DNA of 63,257 bases, the filler included, from an uncultured bacterium (GTDB lineage Bacteria; CAYJRR01): assembly GCA_964372275.1 (NCBI GenBank). It is 6 parts of 6 records of this genome, joined end to end, with 100 filler letters (N's around TTAATTAATTAA, not from the genome) between each part and the next. Parts side by side here need not be neighbours in the genome. Positions count along the whole stretch, not along the records: positions 54,578 to 63,257 come from CAYJRR010000160.1; 5 more parts are not named here. One strand, 5' to 3'. The number at the start of each line of letters is the position of its first letter. Positions within the stretch are counted from its first letter, which is position 1. The position numbers and the translations under genes were made by a program. Below are positions 57,176-63,257 of the stretch, piece by piece. A model generated the notes under the pieces. The model did not search any database and was not told the DNA's origin. It saw only the letters and a list, made by a program, of their open reading frames with translations.

Positions 57176-58308
57176 GCCCGCCCCCTCTCCTTCGCCTTGG
57201 ACCCGGCCTCGGTCAGCACGAGCTCGTCCTTGTGCACCAGCGCGTCGCCGAAGGTGAACCCCAGGATCGTCTCGATCTCGGCGGAGCGCTTCCCCGCGAT
57301 CCGTCGCGCGTCGGCGGCGTCGTAGGCGACGAGTCCGCGCGCCAGCTCCCGGCCGTCGGGCCCGACGCAGCGCACCGCCGCGCCGCGGCGGAAACTCCCC
57401 TCGACCCGCGTCACTCCCGACGGGAGCAGGCTCTTCTTTCCGCCGGCGATCGCCGTCGCGGCCCCCCCGTCCAGGACGAGCGTCCCTTCGACCTTCAGCG
57501 TGTAGGCGATCCAGTGCTTCCGCGCCGCCAGGCGCCCGCCCGCCTCGAAGCGCGTCCCGACCGATTCGCCGGCGACGAGGCGAGGAAGTTGTCCCGCCGG
57601 CCGGCCGTCGCAGACGACGACCGGGATCCCCACCCGCGTCGCCTTCCGCGCCGCCTCGACCTTGGTCACCATGCCGCCCGTTCCGGGTCCCGCCGCCGCG
57701 CCGCCGGCGAACGGCGCCGCCTCGCGGTCGATGTCGACGACGTGCGGGATCACCGTCGCCCGCGGATCGACCCGGGGATCGGCGGTGTAGAGACCCTCGA
57801 TGTCGGTCAACAGCACGAGCAGGTCGGCGTCGACGAGCGCCGCCACGTCGGCGGAGAGGTTGTCGTTGTCGCCGTACCGGATCTCGGCGACGGCGACGGT
57901 GTCGTTCTCGTTCACCACCGGGACGGCCCCCAGCTCGAGCAGCGCGACGATCGCGCCGCGGGCGTTCAGGTAGCGCCGGCGGTGGGCGACGTCGGCGTGG
58001 ACGAGCAGCACCTGCGCGGCAGTCAGTCCGTGCCGTCCGAGCGCGTCCTCCCACCCGCGCATCAGCAGGCTCTGCCCGGCGGCGGCCGAGGCCTGCAGCT
58101 CCGGCAGGCTGCGCGGGCGCGCCGGTAGACCCAGCCTCGGCCATCCGCACGCGATCGCCCCCGAGGAGACGACCACCACCTCGACCCCGCTTTCGCGCAC
58201 GCGCGCGACGTCGGCGGCCAGGGCCGCGAGGCGCGCGCCTGAAAGCCCGCCGCCCTCCTCGGACAGCAGCCGGCTGCCGACCTTCACCACCACGCGCCGG
58301 ACGCTCAC
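57172..58308 (-). CDS. proB: Glutamate 5-kinase
   Basis: VVKVGS, VSSGAIA, AAAGQ, NENDTV, GDNDNLSA, GTGGM.TK, PUA domain SLLPSGV. Confidence 0.96.
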   Translation of the reverse strand: MSVRRVVVKVGSRLLSEEGGGLSGARLAALAADVARVRESGVEVVVVSSGAIACGWPRLGLPARPRSLPELQASAAAGQSLLMRGWEDALGRHGLTAAQVLLVHADVAHRRRYLNARGAIVALLELGAVPVVNENDTVAVAEIRYGDNDNLSADVAALVDADLLVLLTDIEGLYTADPRVDPRATVIPHVVDIDREAAPFAGGAAAGPGTGGMVTKVEAARKATRVGIPVVVCDGRPAGQLPRLVAGESVGTRFEAGGRLAARKHWIAYTLKVEGTLVLDGGAATAIAGGKKSLLPSGVTRVEGSFRRGAAVRCVGPDGRELARGLVAYDAADARRIAGKRSAEIETILGFTFGDALVHKDELVLTEAGSKAKERGRA

Positions 58309-59045
58309 CGCGCCACCGTCGGTGGGGGGATCGGCGCGATTCCGCCGAGCACGGTCACGGAACAGGCGATCGACTCCACGTCGTAGGCGACGCGCCCGAC
58401 CGCGGGGGTCGGCGCGTTGGCCGAAAAGGCCCCGCGGAAGCGGAACGACACCGGAAAGCCGGTGCGGGCGTCGACCTCGACCGTCCCCTCGCCGCGTTCC
58501 AGGACGGCCCCTCCGTCCCCTCCGCCGCCGGGATCGCCGATGACGCGATAGACCTCGATCTCGCGCTCCCCGAGCTCCTTCGAACCGGTGCGGGTGAACG
58601 CCAGGCGGGAGCGCACCGGCGCCAGCACCAGCCGCCAGCCGGCGGCGGCGGCGTCCCGCAGGAGATCGGCGCGCGCCCCCGACTCGACCCGCGCGAATCC
58701 GCCCCCTTTCGGCCGCTGCCAGGAGATCGATCCGACCCGCACCGTCTCCCAGCCGTCGCCGCGTCGGACGCGATAGTTCCCGGCGTCGTCGACCTCGACC
58801 GCGGAGGACAGCTCGTCCCGCAATCGCCCCTGCTCGCCGCGCGCCGAGACGGCGATCTCGCACGTCGCGCGATGCCCCCCCGCGTCGGCGATGAACGACT
58901 GGTAGGGGACCTCGAAGATCTGCGCGCGGAGGTCGTCCGCCGGACCGACGGAGGGCCCGCATCCGGCGGCGAGACCAGACAGTAGAAGCACCGCCCGCGC
59001 GCTGGCGCAGGCCCCGACCGGCCGCGCCAAAGCCCGGACTCGCAC
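58305..59045 (-). CDS. Hypothetical lipoprotein
   Basis: LLLSGLAAGC lipobox, beta-rich body; start GTG 59045, or GTG 59120 overlapping the obg stop. Confidence 0.65.
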   Translation of the reverse strand: MRVRALARPVGACASARAVLLLSGLAAGCGPSVGPADDLRAQIFEVPYQSFIADAGGHRATCEIAVSARGEQGRLRDELSSAVEVDDAGNYRVRRGDGWETVRVGSISWQRPKGGGFARVESGARADLLRDAAAAGWRLVLAPVRSRLAFTRTGSKELGEREIEVYRVIGDPGGGGDGGAVLERGEGTVEVDARTGFPVSFRFRGAFSANAPTPAVGRVAYDVESIACSVTVLGGIAPIPPPTVAR

Positions 59046-59060
59046 CTGCGACGGCCGCGT

Positions 59061-59115
<55 letters not shown>

Positions 59116-59116
59116 T

Positions 59117-60154
59117 TCACGGGGCCTCCACCACGCGCCCCGCCCGCCGCTCGCGCACCCTCTCCTCGACCGCGCGCAGCAGCGCCTCGATCCCTTCCCC
59201 CGTGACGCCGGAGATCGGAAGGACCGGAATGCCGCGCCGCGCGAGCTTCTTCGCGAGCAGCTTCGCGCCCGACCGTCCCTGCGCCAGGTCGATCTTGTTC
59301 GCCGCGACGATCACCGGCACCTTCCCGAGCTCCGGATCGTAACGCAGGATCTCCCGCTCGACCGTCTTGAAGCGGCCCGCCGGCCCGCCACCGGACTCGT
59401 CGGCGGCGTCGACGACGTGGAGGAAGACCGACGTCCGTTCGACGTGACGCAGGAACCGGAAACCGAGCCCGGCCCCTTCGCTCGCTCCTTCGATCAAACC
59501 GGGGATGTCGGCGATGACGAAGGTCCGCTCCTCGCCGCGCCGCCCCCGCGTCACCACGCCGAGCTGCGGGGCGAGGGTGGTGAAGGGGTAGTCGGCGATC
59601 TTGGGACGCGCCGCGGAGACGCGCGAGAGGAGCGTGCTCTTCCCGGCGTTGGGGAATCCGACCAGGCCGACGTCGGCGAGGAGCTTCAGCTCCAGGCGGA
59701 ACGTCCGTTCCCGTCCCGGCCGGCCGGACTCGGCCTTTCGCGGCGCCTGCCGGGTCGGGGTCGCGAACCGCGCGTTCCCGCGGCCGCCGCGTCCCCCTTC
59801 GAGCGCGATCCATCGCTCGCCATCGCGCGCGAGGTCGTGGAGCGTCTCCCCGGTCTCGTCGTCGTGGACGACGGTGCCGACCGGAACGCGGATGACCCGG
59901 TCCTCGCCGTCCTTCCCCGACTGTTTCTTACCGCGCCCCGGGCCGCCGGGCTCCGCGACCTGGATCGGGGTGAACTTGAAGTCGAGGAGGGTGGCCAGGT
60001 TCCGGTCGGCGACGAAGACGACGTCCCCGCCCTTCCCGCCGTCGCCACCGTCGGGCCCGCCGTGCGGCCGGTACTTCTCGCGCAGGAACGAGACCGCGCC
60101 GTTCCCGCCGGCGCCGCTTCGCGCGAGGATCTTCGCTTCGTCGACGAACTTCAC
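59117..60154 (-). CDS. obgE: GTPase ObgE/CgtA
   Basis: FVDEAKI, GGPDGGDGG.GG, GFPNAGKSTL, YPFTTL, DIPGLIEGA, NKID. Confidence 0.97.
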   Translation of the reverse strand: MKFVDEAKILARSGAGGNGAVSFLREKYRPHGGPDGGDGGKGGDVVFVADRNLATLLDFKFTPIQVAEPGGPGRGKKQSGKDGEDRVIRVPVGTVVHDDETGETLHDLARDGERWIALEGGRGGRGNARFATPTRQAPRKAESGRPGRERTFRLELKLLADVGLVGFPNAGKSTLLSRVSAARPKIADYPFTTLAPQLGVVTRGRRGEERTFVIADIPGLIEGASEGAGLGFRFLRHVERTSVFLHVVDAADESGGGPAGRFKTVEREILRYDPELGKVPVIVAANKIDLAQGRSGAKLLAKKLARRGIPVLPISGVTGEGIEALLRAVEERVRERRAGRVVEAP

Positions 60155-60915
60155 CGGGAGTCCTTCTCCCCCGTCGGGCGCGTCATCTCGAACAGCTGCC
60201 GGGCCTGCGGGCCGAGGAAGCCGTCGAATCCGGCGCGGCGCTCGGCGATCTCGAAGTAGGCGTAGGGACGCTCGACCGTTCCGCCGTCGCGCAGCGCGAC
60301 CGGCAACGGAACGGCGGCGGTCGCCGACTGCCGGAGCGCCGACCCGGGGGCCCCTTCGATCTCCGCCTTCATCGGAACGCCGGCGGCGCGGAGCCTCGTG
60401 ACCCAGGCCTCGATGTCGTCGACGCGGCCCGTGAAGTGGTTCACCTTCCGTCCGAACGCGAGCAGCCACGCGCCGTACTGCGAGACGGCATCGACCGTCT
60501 CCAGCTCCCGTCGCGTCGGGGGAACCGGCGGCGGCGCAAACCAGGCGACGAGCCCCTCGAGACCCTCCGGCGGCGGCGGATCGGGCGGCATCCGGAGGAG
60601 GATCTCCGCCGCGTCGCGCGGCAGCCGTCCGGGGATCAACTCCGAGAGGAAGATCCGCGGAAGCGCGTTCGGATGGGAGAGGTGGATCGCCCGAAGGTGG
60701 GCGTCGGGGAACTCGTACGCCCCCGCCGCCCGCCAGCCGAGCCGCTCGAACAGAGGCGCCATCGACGCGATCCCGCCGCCCGGCCGGGCGAGCGACCGGA
60801 ACGCGACGTGGTCGTTGCGAAAGGAACCTGCGGCGAGATCCAGGAACCGTCGCGCGTGCGGAACCTCGCGCGCGTAGACCTGCCAAAGCGCGTCGAGGAA
60901 CGATTCCGGATTCAC
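60151..60915 (-). CDS. DUF1338 family (2-oxoadipate dioxygenase/decarboxylase, HglS-like)
   Basis: NDHVAFRS, PRIFLSEL, SQYGAW, NHFT, LRQSAT, Y.EIAER, FDGF...A..LFE.T. Confidence 0.85.
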   Translation of the reverse strand: MNPESFLDALWQVYAREVPHARRFLDLAAGSFRNDHVAFRSLARPGGGIASMAPLFERLGWRAAGAYEFPDAHLRAIHLSHPNALPRIFLSELIPGRLPRDAAEILLRMPPDPPPPEGLEGLVAWFAPPPVPPTRRELETVDAVSQYGAWLLAFGRKVNHFTGRVDDIEAWVTRLRAAGVPMKAEIEGAPGSALRQSATAAVPLPVALRDGGTVERPYAYFEIAERRAGFDGFLGPQARQLFEMTRPTGEKDSR

Positions 60916-60984
60916 GTCGCCACCCGTCCCATCGTGTGCGTCGCGCTCGGGGCGGCGCCGCGCCTGCGCGCGTACACGCGCGCG

Positions 60985-61248
60985 CTACGCCGGCTCGACC
61001 GGGAAGACGCTCACCTTGCGGCGATCCTTGCCCAGGCGCTCGTACTTCACCTTGCCGGTGATCTTGGCGAAGAGCGTGTAGTCCGATCCGACGCCGACGT
61101 TCAGGCCGGGATGGATGACCGTTCCGCACTGTCGGACGAGGATCGACCCGGCCGACGCGAGCTGCCCGTCGTAGAGCTTCACGCCGCGCCGCTGGCCGGC
61201 GGAGTCACGGCCGTTGCGAGAGGAGCCTTGTCCCTTCTTGTGTGCCAT
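60985..61248 (-). CDS. rpmA: 50S ribosomal protein L27
   Basis: [29 protein letters not shown]. Confidence 0.98.
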   Translation of the reverse strand: MAHKKGQGSSRNGRDSAGQRRGVKLYDGQLASAGSILVRQCGTVIHPGLNVGVGSDYTLFAKITGKVKYERLGKDRRKVSVFPVEPA

Positions 61249-61254
61249 GACGCA

Positions 61255-61569
61255 TTACCCCTGGGTGATCCCGGTGATCTGCACGCCGGTGTACGGCTGG
61301 CGATGCCCCTTCGACTTGGAGGAGGCCTTGCGGCGGCGGAAGGTGACGTCGAGGATCTTCTTCGCCTTGTCCTGGGCCACGATCGTTCCGGTGACGACGG
61401 CGCCGGGGACGAGCGGTCGCCCGATCTGCACCTTGTCGCCGTCGGCGATCAGCAGCACGTCCTGAAGCGTCACCGAATCCCCGACGTGTCCGTCGAGCTT
61501 CTCGATTCGAACCGTCTCGCCGGCGGCGACGCGGTACTGCTTTCCGCCCGAATGGATGATGGCGTACAT
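61255..61569 (-). CDS. rplU: 50S ribosomal protein L21
   Basis: MYAIIHSGGKQYRV, GHRQPYT; ATG 61569. Confidence 0.97.
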   Translation of the reverse strand: MYAIIHSGGKQYRVAAGETVRIEKLDGHVGDSVTLQDVLLIADGDKVQIGRPLVPGAVVTGTIVAQDKAKKILDVTFRRRKASSKSKGHRQPYTGVQITGITQG

Positions 61570-61646
61570 GTCTTCCCAAGCCTTTCGCGGCCCGCGTCGA
61601 TCGTGGGCCGACTCTTCTTTACATTCGCGAAGTCGAAAACCGGGGC

Positions 61647-61674
61647 ATTCTAGAGTCCGAACCCCGGGAGTCAA
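61647..61674 (-). promoter_or_regulatory. Putative sigma70 promoter of the rplU operon
   Basis: TTGACT-16 nt-TAGAAT on the minus strand. Confidence 0.55.
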
Positions 61675-61925
61675 GGGCGTTTCAAGAGCGTTCCTGAGAT
61701 CTTAGGCATCAGGGGGCGCGCCTGTCCCGGCTGGTTTCGGCGCTGCCCCCGATCGTCCGCCCCACGATTTCAGACACTTGCGACCGCCAGATCGCTCCTT
61801 TGACGACGAAATGTCAGCCGCGGATGGCAGTCCCGGCGGACACGCCGCCGGGTGGAATTTGCGCCCTTCTCCGCAAGCCGCCGCGCCCGAACGGTTTCCG
61901 CCGGCACGATTCGAGCGTTGCTCCG

Positions 61926-61941
61926 TGGCACCTCGGTTGCT
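61926..61941 (+). promoter_or_regulatory. Sigma54 -24/-12 promoter of the lytic transglycosylase gene
   Basis: TGGCAC-CTCGG-TTGCT, exact consensus spacing. Confidence 0.65.
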
Positions 61942-61956
61942 ACGTAAGACCGCTTG

Positions 61957-62928
61957 ATGGATCACGGCGCCCACAAGCTGCACGTCGCGACGACGGTGGG
62001 GATCAGTCTCCTCGTTGCCGCGACGGTAATCACCGCCCCGGAGATCCGGGAGGCCGAGGCGTTCGACGAGGCGCCCGTCGATCCGTTCAGCGTCACCGCC
62101 GAATTCGACGAGGGCTCGCGCGCAAAGACCGTCTCGCTGTGCGACGCGACCGACGGCGTGATCGCGTTCGACCGTCCGATCGAGCAGAAGGTCTACGACG
62201 TCCTCACCGCGTACAAGACGGGGATGGACGAGACGCTGGAGCGCCTGACGGCGAAGGTGATCGTCGCCGAGGCCGAGCGCCACGCGCTCGATCCGTGGCT
62301 GGTGATCGGGCTGATCCGCGTCGAGAGCCGCTTCTTCAACTTCGCCGAGTCGAACAAGGGTGCGCGCGGCCTGATGCAGATCCTCCCGTTCGTCGGCGAG
62401 GAGCTGGCCGCGCAGCTCGGGATCGTCTGGAGCGGCCCCGACACCCTCTACAACCCGATGAAGAACGTCCGCATGGGGGTCGCCTACCTGGCCCACCTCC
62501 ATCGCCGGTTCGACGGAAATCTCGAGCGGGTGCTGCAGGCCTACAACATGGGCCCCAACCGGGTCGCCCGGTGGCTCGACGTGGGACGCGAGCTGCCGAC
62601 CGGCTACTCCTCGCTGGTGGTCGAATATCGGGGCCTGCTGCGCAAGGCGGGGGCCGCGCTCCACGGCGGCGCCGATCTTCGTCGACCGATCACCTCCATC
62701 GAACGGAGCATGGCCCAGCGCAAGGCGCAGGTCGTCCTCCCCGCCGTCGCCGACCTGATCCCGGTCGACGCCGGTCAGGCGACGGAGGCGACCCCGGGAC
62801 TCCTGGCCGCCGCGGTCGAACCGGCGATCGAGCCGCTCGACGACGAGTCGCCGATCGTCACCGCCGGCGCCTTCGCCCCCTGGAGCGGCGTCGCGGAGCC
62901 GGCGTTTTCGGCCGCCGCCACCGAGTAG
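61957..62928 (+). CDS. Lytic transglycosylase (SLT domain), exported
   Basis: LIRVES.F, S.KGARGLMQI, NVRMG..YL, AYNMGP; N-terminal hydrophobic segment. Confidence 0.9.
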   Translation: MDHGAHKLHVATTVGISLLVAATVITAPEIREAEAFDEAPVDPFSVTAEFDEGSRAKTVSLCDATDGVIAFDRPIEQKVYDVLTAYKTGMDETLERLTAKVIVAEAERHALDPWLVIGLIRVESRFFNFAESNKGARGLMQILPFVGEELAAQLGIVWSGPDTLYNPMKNVRMGVAYLAHLHRRFDGNLERVLQAYNMGPNRVARWLDVGRELPTGYSSLVVEYRGLLRKAGAALHGGADLRRPITSIERSMAQRKAQVVLPAVADLIPVDAGQATEATPGLLAAAVEPAIEPLDDESPIVTAGAFAPWSGVAEPAFSAAATE

Positions 62929-63001
62929 CCGGCGGGTTCCACTCGCCTCTTCCGGCGACCGGTCGCATCATCCGGATCGCGTCCCGGAACGTACCCAAGG
63001 C

Positions 63002-63257
63002 ATGAACGGTTCGCGTCGATCGGTCGTCGTCGGTTTCGCCGCCATCGGGTGCCAGCTCGCGGCGCGCGCGCTCGCGGCCGATCCGGCGACGCGGGGCGGA
63101 GTTCCGGGTCGCGGAACGGAGAGGGGGACCGTGGAAAAGAGTGCGACGGAGGCGGAGAAGGTCGTCCGGACGGAGGCGGAGTGGCGCGAACGGCTCTCGC
63201 CCGAGCAGTTCCGGGTCCTGCGGCAGAAGGGGACGGAGCGAGCCTTCAGCAGTCCGC
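63002..63257 (+). CDS. msrB: Peptide-methionine (R)-S-oxide reductase, partial
   Basis: KVVRTEAEWRERLSPEQFRVLRQKGTERAF; N-terminal SRRSVV Tat-like leader, with an alternative GTG start at 63131. Confidence 0.88.
   Translation, partial: MNGSRRSVVVGFAAIGCQLAARALAADPATRGGVPGRGTERGTVEKSATEAEKVVRTEAEWRERLSPEQFRVLRQKGTERAFSSP

Overview
This window is not one locus. It is six unrelated GC-rich contigs of about 10.5-11 kb from a fragmented assembly (probably a MAG), joined in descending size order by 100-nt N/TTAATTAATTAA spacers at 11069, 22155, 33040, 43854 and 54478. A MYXO-CTERM peptidase, the tgl locus and pilB point to Myxococcota/deltaproteobacteria. Contig 1: pilB (partial), aroE, ribF, a phospholipid methyltransferase, a MacAB-type exporter operon with a leaderless hemopexin-PhoD fusion embedded in it, and rlmD. 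Contig 2: rlmN-DUF4013-DUF2085-mtnP-tgl-rodZ and tatA, then three genes resembling the 'FtsH ternary' conflict system, cut off by a chimeric join to lower-GC znuA/znuC-like DNA. Contig 3: a flagellar filament cluster (flgK, flgL, maf, fliD) with three flagellins interleaved with four FliS and two FliT-like paralogues, plus an 18-bp tandem array. Contig 4: an Illumina adapter remnant, SDR, MGDG-type glycosyltransferase, glycerate kinase, an M4/M36 peptidase, metK and ahcY. Contig 5: tRNA-Arg(TCT), lipoproteins, a sulfatase-like transferase, desaturase, CBS protein, a diheme cytochrome c-porin fusion whose start lies in a heptamer-repeat hairpin, and M16 peptidases. Contig 6: rplU-rpmA-DUF1338-obg-lipoprotein-proB-proA-rsfS-gpmI, an SLT gene with a sigma54 promoter, and msrB. 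All family calls come from motif recognition by eye; no searches were run.
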